A stretch of 64,000 bases of DNA, from NCBI GenBank assembly GCA_041690135.1, contig JAWLHY010000001.1, forward strand, positions 736,001-800,000, written 5' to 3'. Below are positions 47,069 through 56,668 of this stretch, one piece after another; the first letter of the stretch is position 1, and each line of letters starts with the position of its first letter. Source of the DNA: Armatimonadota bacterium (GTDB taxonomy: Bacteria > Armatimonadota > SYMT01). The notes beneath the pieces were generated by a model. The model was not told the DNA's origin, made no database searches, and saw only the letters and a list, made by a program, of their open reading frames with translations. Position numbers and translations under genes: made by a program.

Positions 47069-48910
47069 ATGTGCGGAATTGCGGGAACGGTACGGATGGG
47101 AGACCTGGCGCTCGTACGCCAGATGACGGACATGATGGCCTACCGGGGCCCGGACGACTCGGGGCTCTATGAGGATGGGGAGGTCCGGCTGGGGCACCGG
47201 CGGCTGAGCATTATCGACCTCTCCCCCGCCGGCCATCAGCCGATGGAGTCGGAAGACGGCTCCCTGGTGGTGGTATTTAACGGAGAGATCTACAACTTCC
47301 TGGAACTGCGGGCGGACCTGGAGAAGAAGGGCTACCCGTTCCGCACCGGAACGGACACGGAAGTCATTCTCTACGCCTATGCAGAGTATGGGGTCGACTG
47401 CGTGGCGCACCTGGAGGGGATGTTCGGCTTAGCTCTCTGGGATCGGAAGCGAAAGCAACTTCTCCTGGCGCGCGACCGAACCGGGATGAAGCCCCTGTTC
47501 TACACCCAGGACGGAGACGGTCTGGCATTTGCCTCGGAGTTGAAGCCACTCCTCTGCCTTCCCAATCTGGACCGGCGGGTCAACCGTGCCGCCTTGCGCT
47601 CGGTGGTCCGTTATGCCAGTAACCTGGAGCAAGAGTCGCTCCTGGCCTCCGTCTACAAATTGCCGCCGGGCCACCGGCTGGTGTGGCGGAACGGAACCTG
47701 CGACCTCTCCCCCTACTGGATGCACCCCCTGCCGAGCCCGGAGCCCTGGTCCGAGGAAGTGCTGGTCCGAGAGCTCCACGATCGGTTGGCGGAGGTGGTG
47801 AAGTTGCACCTGATCAGCGATGCGCCGCTGGGGGCGGCCTTGAGCGGGGGGCTCGACTCCAGCGGGATCGTCGCCATGATGGCGCGGGAAGCGCCGGGGC
47901 AGATCGATACCTACACGGTGGGTTTCGGCGCCGACGACCCGGACCTCGTCGGAGCGCGGCGGGTCGCCGAGCACTGTAAGACCCGCCACCACGAGATCCT
48001 GGTGCAGGCGCAAAACATCAGCGAGATGCTCCCGCGCGTCGTCTGGCACCTGGAGGAGCCGCTGGGCCAGATGGAGACGATTCAAATGTACGCCAACTAC
48101 CGGGAAGCATCCCGGCAGGTTCGCGTACTCCTGGTAGGCGAGGGCGCGGATGAGTGCTTTGCGGGTTACCAGCGTTATAAGATGCTCCACCCCCGGTTGC
48201 CGCTGCCCATGTCCGTGCGGAAGGACCTTTACGAACAGGTCTACCAGCATAATGACTCCCCTACGCGGACACTCGCGGGGCGGTTCGTTTCCCGCTGTGT
48301 CTGGCGTGACACGCCGCTCTCCCCCCTGCCGGATCCCACGCCGCGGTTTACCGGGCCGCTGGGCGACGTGAAACACAGTGGGCACGCCATCGAGCGCGCG
48401 CTCGCCTTCGACCAGCGGACTATCCTGCCCCACCTTTACCTCAAGCGCGCCGATGCCCTGGGGATGGCCCATTCCCTGGAACTGCGGGTGCCGTTTATGG
48501 ACCGCAAGATCGTTGAGCTGGCGGCACGGATTCCCGGAGAAATGCTCTTGCGCCGCGGCGTGGAGAAGTACATTCTCCGCCGGGCGTTCGCCCCATTGCT
48601 TCCGGAGGAGATCACCTGGCGGAAGAAATACCCACTGCAGATGCGGGTGAATCGAGGCCTGGTGGCCACCCTGGATGACATGTGCGACCTTTTGCTGCGC
48701 CCGGAAGACGTGCGGGCCCGCGGGTTCTTCGACCCGGACCGGGTAGAGCAACTCCGCCGGCGGCGACCCTCCCCCACTGCTCCCCCACCCGCCCACAAGT
48801 TCTGGACGTGGCGCATCTGGTCGATGCTGTTGTGTGAGACCTGGGCACGGATGTTCCTCGATCGCCCGATTACCCCCACGCCTCCGGCCTCGCTGCGCGA
48901 GTTGGCCTGA
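47069..48910 (+). CDS. asnB: Asparagine synthase (glutamine-hydrolysing)-like amidotransferase
   Basis: MCGIAG, RGPD, HRRLSIID, NGEIYN, LSGGLDSS, GEGADE and ELRVPF motifs. Confidence 0.9.
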   Translation: MCGIAGTVRMGDLALVRQMTDMMAYRGPDDSGLYEDGEVRLGHRRLSIIDLSPAGHQPMESEDGSLVVVFNGEIYNFLELRADLEKKGYPFRTGTDTEVILYAYAEYGVDCVAHLEGMFGLALWDRKRKQLLLARDRTGMKPLFYTQDGDGLAFASELKPLLCLPNLDRRVNRAALRSVVRYASNLEQESLLASVYKLPPGHRLVWRNGTCDLSPYWMHPLPSPEPWSEEVLVRELHDRLAEVVKLHLISDAPLGAALSGGLDSSGIVAMMAREAPGQIDTYTVGFGADDPDLVGARRVAEHCKTRHHEILVQAQNISEMLPRVVWHLEEPLGQMETIQMYANYREASRQVRVLLVGEGADECFAGYQRYKMLHPRLPLPMSVRKDLYEQVYQHNDSPTRTLAGRFVSRCVWRDTPLSPLPDPTPRFTGPLGDVKHSGHAIERALAFDQRTILPHLYLKRADALGMAHSLELRVPFMDRKIVELAARIPGEMLLRRGVEKYILRRAFAPLLPEEITWRKKYPLQMRVNRGLVATLDDMCDLLLRPEDVRARGFFDPDRVEQLRRRRPSPTAPPPAHKFWTWRIWSMLLCETWARMFLDRPITPTPPASLRELA

Positions 48911-49004
48911 TCGGCTGGGTCCGGCAATCTTCACCGCCGATTCCCTGCTGGTGTGGGAGAAGCGGTGCTCAAAAACCTACCCTTGCTGCATAGTGAAAGG
49001 CGTT

Positions 49005-50432
49005 ATGCGCAAACTTAAACCGAGCCCTGGCCTGCTTGTCCTTTTGATGGTTGCAATCCTTACGGGATACTGCCTGATCTGGCGTGAGTGCCAGGTGACG
49101 ACGGACTCCCGCGAGTACCTGGCCATCGCACGCGATTTGATGGAAGGGCGGCCGGTCGACAGCACCCTGCGCACTCCGGGATACCCGGCGTTTCTCGCAC
49201 TTTGTTTCCGCGCGGCGGGGGGAGAGAACCTCACGGTAGTGCTGGTGGTTCAGGCGATTCTCCACGCCCTCACGATCCTTTGCGTATTCCGATTGGCCTG
49301 TCGCCTTACGGGAAGTTTCGCGCTGAGTGCGGTGGTCGGCGGAGCCTTATTGCTGCCCAACTTTACACTGGGGATCCCATCGCTTCTGACAGAGGAACTC
49401 GCGGTTTTTCTGCTGGCGGCCACCCTACTTGTGCTGTTAGAGGCGATTCTGCGCAACTCACCGGGTCTGGCAGGTCTGGCCGGATTGCTGGGCATCGGTC
49501 TGGCCCTTACCCGGCCTGCCTACCAGATGCTGGGTCCCCTACTTCTCTTCGCCTGCGCCTTCGTGCTGATTCGGCAGGAAGGATGGCGCACGGGATTGTG
49601 CCGCCTGGCTCTCGGGGTGCTGCCCTTCGTCATCGTGCTGGGCGTCGGCGCGGGAATCTGGTCGGAGCGGAACTATCGGGTTCATGGGTTCCGGGGTCTC
49701 ACCTGCGCGGCGGGGTACCACCTGACCACCCGCACGGTCTCCTACCTGGAACGCGCGCCGGACCGGTGGGCGGTGGAGCGCGAGATCCTGATCCGGGTGC
49801 GAGACCGCCACCTGGTTCGCCGCGGCGGGACGCACACGGGGCTGCTGACCGCCTGGAGCGCCACCAAAGATCTGCGGGCAGCCACGGGGCTGGATCAGGC
49901 CGGGATCTCCAAGCGGCTCCTCGCCATGAACAAGGAACTCATCCTGGCCGCACCGCTCAACTACGTCGGCGAAGTGGCCTTCTCCGCGGTGCGCTACTGG
50001 ATGCCGCCGGTCGTGCGTGGAATCATGCCCCGCGACCGCACGCAGCAGTTGCCCTACATGTTGATTCACCTGATGTATACGGTGGCCGTGATCTACTTGA
50101 TGGCTGTTACCCTCACGGCGGCCACCCTCACCCCGGCAGCCCTACGTTTCCTCAATCCGGCGCAGCACCTGGCGACGGTAATGCTCTGGACCACGGCCCT
50201 TTACGCCTGGGCTATCACCTGCCTGGTGGAGACCGGCGGTCCACGGCACCGCTCGCCGACGGACTTCTGCTGGCTCCTACTCGTTGTGGGTCTGGTACCT
50301 CTGGTGCGCGCGATCCGCCATCGGGAATCCGAACCTGAGAGCGTACCACTGCCGGCTCCGGACCCGGAACCGGTAGCCGCCCGACCCGCAGCCATTCCGG
50401 TGCGAGAAGGACGCGTTCCCACCCGAGCTTGA
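49005..50432 (+). CDS. Multi-TM GT-C (ArnT/PMT-like) glycosyltransferase
   Basis: DSREY, RTPGYPAFL, LTEEL and LTRP motifs with many TM helices. Confidence 0.7.
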   Translation: MRKLKPSPGLLVLLMVAILTGYCLIWRECQVTTDSREYLAIARDLMEGRPVDSTLRTPGYPAFLALCFRAAGGENLTVVLVVQAILHALTILCVFRLACRLTGSFALSAVVGGALLLPNFTLGIPSLLTEELAVFLLAATLLVLLEAILRNSPGLAGLAGLLGIGLALTRPAYQMLGPLLLFACAFVLIRQEGWRTGLCRLALGVLPFVIVLGVGAGIWSERNYRVHGFRGLTCAAGYHLTTRTVSYLERAPDRWAVEREILIRVRDRHLVRRGGTHTGLLTAWSATKDLRAATGLDQAGISKRLLAMNKELILAAPLNYVGEVAFSAVRYWMPPVVRGIMPRDRTQQLPYMLIHLMYTVAVIYLMAVTLTAATLTPAALRFLNPAQHLATVMLWTTALYAWAITCLVETGGPRHRSPTDFCWLLLVVGLVPLVRAIRHRESEPESVPLPAPDPEPVAARPAAIPVREGRVPTRA

Positions 50433-50473
50433 GGATCGATCCTGTCGGAAACGCGTTCCAGATTGGGAAGACC

Positions 50474-50510
50474 GGGGTCGGAGGAGCACACGCTCCTCCG
50501 ACCCCTTTTT
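50474..50510 (+). terminator. Rho-independent terminator
   Basis: ggggtcggaggagc-acac-gctcctccgacccc followed by ttttt. Confidence 0.85.
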
Positions 50511-50815
50511 CTTGCCTGGAATGTCTCACAGCCGCTAGGCACGGGGGTGCCTGATCGCTAACACATTGGCTGGACGGGCATTCGGCGAGCCGTAATATCG
50601 GGAAGGAATCGTTCGCGGGCCGTGCGCAAATCAGGCGACCGGCGGCATAGTGCTGCCATGAGACCGCTATGCGGTCGTCCTTCGAGCCGGCGTGTCCTAG
50701 GGTGCCTGGGGAGTGAACACCTCTCGCGGACCACAGGATGTTCCGGATGTATTCAACCCGCGGCGCTCGTGTCACCCTCCGGACTGCTTGCCGCGCCGCC
50801 GGGTGGAGTTTAGAA

Positions 50816-53053
50816 ATGAACAATCTCCGTTCTGCACGGCGCATAGGGACAGCGATAGGCCTGCTCGCGGTCGGGTTGATGCTCCCTGCGCTCGCCGACC
50901 GCCCTCTGGGAGAAGCCGACCGCTTCGTGATTCTGGCTGCCGATCAGGCCTTTGCCTACGGCCCCACAGTCGTCAATGGCAATGTAGGGGGGCGCAACCA
51001 GATCTTCGGTCCGTTTACGATCAACGGCAGCCAGGAGTCCGGCGCCTCGCTCGATCCGGTCATCGCCCAGGTGATTGAAGCGCGAGCCGAGGCCGCGGCG
51101 CTCCCAGGCGAGCGACTGCGCAGCAACTTCCTCAGCAACGTGAACGTAGGCGCCGGGCAGGGGGTATTCCCGCCGGGGGTCTATACGTTCCACGGCAAGG
51201 GCGTCATCCGGCCTTCCGGGATCACGCTCCAGGGGACCGGAAACCCGAACGACACCTGGGTGTTCAACTTCACGGATAATCCGAACACAGCGCCCCCCCG
51301 CATCGAGGGATCTCTGGTCATTCAAGACGGTGCCGAAGTCCGGCTGGCCGGTGGCCTCAACACGGTGGCCAACGTCTATTGGAACGTGTCGGGCCCCGTT
51401 GCCGCCGGCAGAAACGTGCGTTTCCGCGGCACGGTGATGGCCGGCCAGAGCCCGGTCATCGGCAACGTGACGTTCGGTCCGAACTGCGAGGTGGTGGGCA
51501 AGCTCATCTCCGTGAATGGGGACGTGAGCACCGAAGCGGGCACGGTCGTTCATGACAGCATCATCGGAAATCCTCCCAGCGTAACGCTCCAACCGGCACA
51601 GACCGCTTACACCGTAAACCCGGGCCAAGCTATCCAGTTCAGCATCTCCGCGACGGATCCGGACCAGGGGGATCTCGTTACGCTTTCGGTCGAGAATGCC
51701 CCTCCGGGCGCTTTGCTGTCCCCGTCCCTGCCGCGGACCGGCAACCCGGCCAATACCACCTTCACCTGGACACCGACCGCCGGCGATACCGGCGCGCGGA
51801 CCGTTACCTTTACGGCGGTGGACAGCAATGGGCTGATCTCGAGCCGGAGCGTCAGCTTCAACACCACGCTGGACCTGCCCAACCCGCCCACGGGTCTGGC
51901 GGCGCAGGTGATCTCCCGGACCGAGATCCGCCTGGCCTGGAATAGCGGCAACCCCGAGGCACTGCCGCATCGAGTGGAGCGGTCCGTGAACGGCGGACCG
52001 TTTGCGGCGGTGGGCGGCGCCGTGCCCGCGGGGACGTACAGCTACAGCGATCTCTCCGTGGGGGCGAACGGGCACTACACGTATCGAGTGCGCGCCGAGA
52101 ACGCTTCCGGGGTATCGGAGCCCAGCAATACCGCCACGGGCATCACGCTGCCGATGGCGCCGATCAACTTCACGCTGGATCCGGTCGCTTCGACGCAGAT
52201 CAATCTCTACTGGCAAGATCCGAACGCCTTCCCCGCGCAAGTGCTGGTGGAACGGTCGCTGGATGCCGGCGGCACCTGGAGTCAGTTGAAACAGGTACCT
52301 GCGGGGCTGAACACTACCTCCGACACGGGTCTCACCCCGAACCGGACCTATTTCTATCGCCTCAAGGCGACGAACGATGTGGGCAACTCCGAGTCAACGG
52401 CGCCCCAGGGGGTGTCCACGACGGGTGGTGGATGTATCGAGCTGACTTCGCCCAACCTCGGAGCGGTGTGGCGGATTGGAACCACGGCGGAGATCACCTG
52501 GAACAGCCAGGAGCCGCACAGCTTCGTCAAGATCGAGATCTCCACGGATGGCGGGCGACGCTGGCGGCCGCTGGCGGCCCGCGTGAAAGACACGGGTTCC
52601 TACCGCCGCAAGATCAACGGTCCTCCCACCTCCACGGCGCGGATCCGCATCACGTCGCTGACGGATAAGACGTGCCAGGATGAGAGCACCGGTAATTTCT
52701 CGATCGCCTATGGCGGCCGGCTTGAGGCGCCCTCCGAACTGGACTTCGGCACCGCCGTAACTCCGAAGGCCGTCAGTAAGTCGATCACGCTGAGGAACAC
52801 GAGTTCGACAGAGTCCCTACAGGTCTCGATCTCGAAAGCCGCCGCTCCGTTCCGGACACCCAGACTGAAGACGATTGTGCTCCAACCGGGCCGGTCGCGA
52901 GTCATCCGGGTGACGTTCCAGCCGCGCAGCGCGGGGAGCTATTCGACGCAGTTGAACCTGGCGAGCAGCGATCCCACGCGACCGAGCCACAGCATCACGC
53001 TGAAGGGGACTGGGGAAGCACGAACGCCGAAGCCGCGAGGCCGGCGCCGCTAA
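50816..53053 (+). CDS. Secreted protein: DUF3494 (ice-binding-like) domain, Ig-like domain, two FN3 domains, further beta domains
   Basis: Signal peptide; PGVYTF...ITLQGTGNPNDTWVF...NVYWNV...FRGTVMA resembles DUF3494; two FN3 repeats (YTYRVRAEN, YFYRLKATN); ASH-like C-terminus. Confidence 0.75.
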   Translation: MNNLRSARRIGTAIGLLAVGLMLPALADRPLGEADRFVILAADQAFAYGPTVVNGNVGGRNQIFGPFTINGSQESGASLDPVIAQVIEARAEAAALPGERLRSNFLSNVNVGAGQGVFPPGVYTFHGKGVIRPSGITLQGTGNPNDTWVFNFTDNPNTAPPRIEGSLVIQDGAEVRLAGGLNTVANVYWNVSGPVAAGRNVRFRGTVMAGQSPVIGNVTFGPNCEVVGKLISVNGDVSTEAGTVVHDSIIGNPPSVTLQPAQTAYTVNPGQAIQFSISATDPDQGDLVTLSVENAPPGALLSPSLPRTGNPANTTFTWTPTAGDTGARTVTFTAVDSNGLISSRSVSFNTTLDLPNPPTGLAAQVISRTEIRLAWNSGNPEALPHRVERSVNGGPFAAVGGAVPAGTYSYSDLSVGANGHYTYRVRAENASGVSEPSNTATGITLPMAPINFTLDPVASTQINLYWQDPNAFPAQVLVERSLDAGGTWSQLKQVPAGLNTTSDTGLTPNRTYFYRLKATNDVGNSESTAPQGVSTTGGGCIELTSPNLGAVWRIGTTAEITWNSQEPHSFVKIEISTDGGRRWRPLAARVKDTGSYRRKINGPPTSTARIRITSLTDKTCQDESTGNFSIAYGGRLEAPSELDFGTAVTPKAVSKSITLRNTSSTESLQVSISKAAAPFRTPRLKTIVLQPGRSRVIRVTFQPRSAGSYSTQLNLASSDPTRPSHSITLKGTGEARTPKPRGRRR

Positions 53054-53286
53054 CCGGCCCCACCTTCCGACGGCCATGCGTCGAAGACCCGGCTCGATCT
53101 TGGTCGTGCCGGGTCTTCGCTGTGACGGGTCCGGAAAATCCGTCGAGGCTTTCCTGGAACAGGATCGCCTTGGGCGGGTGGATGCGAATGCCGATAGAGG
53201 CACAGGAGGAATGTCCGAGAGCCATTTCCGAATAGAGGTCCGTGCACCCTGGGGCACAAGACGGCCCCCTTCGATCGAGAGCAGGC

Positions 53287-53922
53287 ATGAACGTCCTTAT
53301 CGCGGAAGATGATCCGGTGTCCCGGCGTCTCCTGGAAGCTACCCTCACCCGGTGGGGTTACCAGGTGGTGGTAACGGTGGATGGTCGGGATGCCTGGGAC
53401 AAGCTTCAACAGCCGGGTGCCCCCCAACTGGCCATCCTCGACTGGATGATGCCCGGGATGGACGGAGTGCAGGTGTGCCGCAACCTGCGCGGGTTGAAGG
53501 AAACCGAAGGAGTCTACATCATCCTGCTCACCGCCAAGGGGGAGAAGTCGGATATCGTGGCCGGACTGGATGCCGGCGCCAACGACTACGTCACGAAGCC
53601 GTTCGACCGGGAGGAACTGCGCGCCCGCCTGCGAGTGGGGGTGCGAGTGCTGGAACTCCAGGAGAGCCTGGCGCAGCGGGTGCGCGAACTGCAGGCGGCC
53701 CTCCAGCACGTGCGGCAATTGCAGGGCATCCTGCCGATCTGCTGCTACTGTAAGAAGATACGCAACGATCAGAACTACTGGCAGCAAGTAGAAGCTTATA
53801 TCTCCACCCATTCCGATGCGCGGTTCAGCCACGGCATCTGCCCGGACTGCTGGGAAAGCCGCGTAATGCCGGAATTACAGCAGGCCGGCGCGCAGGTAGA
53901 GAAACCGGAGAAGGAGGGTTAA
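53287..53922 (+). CDS. Response regulator with C-terminal Cys/His putative metal-binding domain
   Basis: IAEDD, ILDWMMP, LLTA, KPF receiver; coiled coil; LPICCYCKKIR...SHGICPDC. Confidence 0.88.
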   Translation: MNVLIAEDDPVSRRLLEATLTRWGYQVVVTVDGRDAWDKLQQPGAPQLAILDWMMPGMDGVQVCRNLRGLKETEGVYIILLTAKGEKSDIVAGLDAGANDYVTKPFDREELRARLRVGVRVLELQESLAQRVRELQAALQHVRQLQGILPICCYCKKIRNDQNYWQQVEAYISTHSDARFSHGICPDCWESRVMPELQQAGAQVEKPEKEG

Positions 53923-54020
53923 CTTTACGGCGGCCCCCTTTCGCTGAATGGAGACGGCGAATGGGAGAATGGGAGCAATCTGCCCTGCTTTCACGGGTGC
54001 GTGATCGCCGGGCACTCTTA

Positions 54021-54184
54021 GAGCCTGTCTAAGAAATGGATGAGCGGCCTGCGACTGGCTGCGAACAGGGCATGCGTCGTCGGGCCACCAGGCACGGTCA
54101 TGCTTCGAGAACGAGCCTGGCGTCCCTCCTAGCCTGCCCTGCCCTCGCTCAGTCTCGGCTTCGCTCCCATTCTTAGACAGGCTC
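54021..54184. mobile_element. MITE (164 bp) with 15 bp perfect TIRs and TTA target duplication
   Basis: tta|gagcctgtctaagaa ... ttcttagacaggctc|tta; no coding capacity. Confidence 0.85.
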
Positions 54185-54296
54185 TTAGTGCCTTTCCCCA
54201 TCCGGATTGCCGCTCTGTGGCGGCAGAAAGCCGGGTAGGTACGGAGCGGCTCTTACATCCAGGGGATGGGAGCTGCTCCGTACCTACCCGTAACCT

Positions 54297-55262
54297 TTAT
54301 CGGGCGAACTGATCGAACAGCTTGCGGAGGTCCACGGCGCTCGCGTCACCGTCGTGGGCCACCAACCGGTACCGGAGCACCAGGGGCTTTCCGGGCTCGA
54401 TGACGACCGGGGACTGGGCCACGATGCACGGGTTGAGCATATGGATCCCCCGCACCACGTGCCAGGTGGTCGCCGGATTGCCGGGGTGGTTGATGAGGGC
54501 CACACCGTTGGTCCGTCCCTCCGGGGTGCGGTAGGTCATGTCGTACCAGGGTGAGGCGGGCCAGTTGGTCTCGGACCGGGTGTGGACCGAGTTCAGGTAT
54601 TTGGCCTCTCCCTCCGGACCGGAGATGACTTGCGTACCCCGCGGCCGCGCCCGGTAGCAGAAGCCGCCGAATGGGCTTTGCGCAATCGTCACCGGCTTTT
54701 CGGTGGGGGCAGAGAAGCGGTACTCAAAGTCGAGCACGTGAGCTTCCGATACGGTGCCCGCCGAGAGGAGCAAGCGTTCCTCGACGACGGGGCTCTCCCC
54801 GGCCAGCCAGGTGTTGTGCAGATCCAGTCCGGCCCGGCGTCCCTTACGCGAAATCCGGGCTTCCCGGTTGCGAATGACGCAGCCTTCTTTGGGTGCTTTG
54901 GCGCCCCAGCCCCACCAGTCCCCGCGGCGTGCCCCGTCCACCTCGACCCAGGCACAGAACACCCCCCGGTGGTGCCGGTGATCAGCCGGCGCCAGGTCGG
55001 TGACGACTTCCCCCGCCGGGGTGTGGATGGGATGCGTGAAGCAGGTTCCTTCCACCGCGGGCACGGGTTCTCCCGCGGGCAGCTTTCCGCGGACGTAGCG
55101 CAGGACAGGAGCTCCGGACCCGGTCTTAACGGTGAGGAAGTCCTCCCCCATCGCGCTTGTGACCTTCGCATCCGGCTCCTGAGCGTGGAGGCCGGATGCG
55201 GCGAAACCGGAGATTCCCAGCGCAGACGCCTCCAGGAAGTGGCGGCGAGACCAGCGCGTCAT
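54297..55262 (-). CDS. Tat-exported PmoA-like/DUF6807-type protein
   Basis: SRRHFL Tat signal; FTHPIHTPAG, PADHRHHRG and NHPGNP motifs. Confidence 0.7.
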   Translation of the reverse strand: MTRWSRRHFLEASALGISGFAASGLHAQEPDAKVTSAMGEDFLTVKTGSGAPVLRYVRGKLPAGEPVPAVEGTCFTHPIHTPAGEVVTDLAPADHRHHRGVFCAWVEVDGARRGDWWGWGAKAPKEGCVIRNREARISRKGRRAGLDLHNTWLAGESPVVEERLLLSAGTVSEAHVLDFEYRFSAPTEKPVTIAQSPFGGFCYRARPRGTQVISGPEGEAKYLNSVHTRSETNWPASPWYDMTYRTPEGRTNGVALINHPGNPATTWHVVRGIHMLNPCIVAQSPVVIEPGKPLVLRYRLVAHDGDASAVDLRKLFDQFAR

Positions 55263-55747
55263 GACGATGAATTCCCCTGCTGCTTCCATTCGTCCGGAAT
55301 GTTCGGGTCGGTGTCTCCGTAGGAGAGCTGGATCAGGTTGAGCTGTCCCTGCGCGTAGCCGCAGACCAGCGGCAGCCACCAGATCATCTCGCCAATGGTG
55401 ACGGGGGCACCCCACGGGGCGGTGTAGGTTCGGTCGAAGTCTTCCTCCGAGACCCCGCCCAGCGCCGAGGCAAGGGTCCGGAGAGCACTGTCGACCAACT
55501 CCTTGGCGGCCTCGCGGGTTTCCGGCGCCGGCGGCATCTGGCGTCCGGCTGGTGGCTCGCCCCGCAAAAGGCCGGCAAAGAAGCCGGCGTAGGTCGCGAT
55601 CTTCCCGGCCACTTGGAGCGGGGTTGGCGCTTCTCCGCCCGGGCTCCAGTTAAGGCGGTCGTCGGGGGTGCGGTCGAGCCCGAAGAGGAAGCGGGTCCGG
55701 GCCATCTCCACGTTCTTAATGAGGTCGTTAATACGGGCGCTGGCCAT
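55259..55747 (-). CDS. DinB-like four-helix protein
   Basis: PDDRLNWSP, TPLQ and YAQGQL layout typical of DinB; the metal-binding histidines appear absent. Confidence 0.6.
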   Translation of the reverse strand: MASARINDLIKNVEMARTRFLFGLDRTPDDRLNWSPGGEAPTPLQVAGKIATYAGFFAGLLRGEPPAGRQMPPAPETREAAKELVDSALRTLASALGGVSEEDFDRTYTAPWGAPVTIGEMIWWLPLVCGYAQGQLNLIQLSYGDTDPNIPDEWKQQGNSSS

Positions 55748-55751
55748 GGGG

Positions 55752-56525
55752 TTAAGCTCCGAAGGCGTTACTGATGATCTTGAGGTTATGGTCGTGCTTC
55801 CAGGCTTCCATTTTCCACCAGTCCTTCATATCGTCCGGGACCGGCACTTCCTGCTTGATCTCCTCCAGGCTCTTGCCGGCCTGCGCCAGCGCCGGGACGC
55901 GGGCCAGCAGGTCGTCCAGGTAGGCGAGCCAGCGGCGGATGTGTTCGGGCCGGGCCACGGGGCCGTGCCCGACGATCAGCGTGTCGGCGTCGTACTCCAG
56001 GACCCGTGCCAGGCGCTGCTTCAGGAGGTCGATCTTGCCCTGATCATACTTCACCAGCGGAATCATTCCCCATCCGAAGAGGTCGGAGATGTGGAGCACG
56101 CGCGCCCACGGGAAGTAGATCACCGTGTCCCACGGGGTATGCGTGCCGCCCAGCCATTCCATTTTGACCTGGCGTTCCGATCCGGAGACCGTGTGCGTGT
56201 CCTGGAAGGTGACGTCGGGCTGGACCACGTCCTTCCCGGACTCATGAACTACCACTGTGGCGCCCAGTTTCCTCCAGGCCTCGTTGAAGCCGATGTGATC
56301 CGGGTGGCAGTGCGTGTACAGCAGCCACTTCAGCGGCTTTCCGGTGGTGGCCTGGATGTCTTGGGGGATCTGCTGCTCCATCGGACCGTCGTCGGCCGGA
56401 TCGAGCGAGTCGATCACGGCGACGCTGTCGCCCAGGTCCGCCCAGGCGGCGTTATCGACCATGTTGCGGATCCAGACGCCCGGACCCACCTCGAATACTT
56501 CGTTCTCACGGAATTCGATAGCCAT
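55752..56525 (-). CDS. Metallo-beta-lactamase fold hydrolase
   Basis: THCHPDHIG, HTPWD, SDL and GHG motifs. Confidence 0.88.
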   Translation of the reverse strand: MAIEFRENEVFEVGPGVWIRNMVDNAAWADLGDSVAVIDSLDPADDGPMEQQIPQDIQATTGKPLKWLLYTHCHPDHIGFNEAWRKLGATVVVHESGKDVVQPDVTFQDTHTVSGSERQVKMEWLGGTHTPWDTVIYFPWARVLHISDLFGWGMIPLVKYDQGKIDLLKQRLARVLEYDADTLIVGHGPVARPEHIRRWLAYLDDLLARVPALAQAGKSLEEIKQEVPVPDDMKDWWKMEAWKHDHNLKIISNAFGA

Positions 56526-56615
56526 TGAATTCTCCCGTAGCGATTGCCTCGCAAGGGCGTGCGCCCCGCTCTGATTCACTTCCGCGGTCCGGCATCCCTT
56601 CCCCGGACGCAACAG

Positions 56616-56645
56616 AAAAGGGGCGGCCCCGAAGGACCGCCCCTC
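56616..56645 (-). terminator. Rho-independent terminator
   Basis: Minus strand aggggcggtcc-ttcg-gggccgcccc followed by tttt. Confidence 0.8.
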
Positions 56646-56668
56646 CCGATTCGATGCGGCGCGGACGT

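Noticed and set aside
47069-48910. AsnB-like gene as a lasso peptide cyclase
   Set aside because: It has an intact N-terminal Cys glutaminase domain, no precursor or B-protein genes are nearby, and the context is glycan synthesis.
50530-50730. Possible riboswitch upstream of the DUF3494-like gene (ggggtgcc...ggctgga)
   Set aside because: It lacks the TPP CUGAGA core and matches no other aptamer I recognise.
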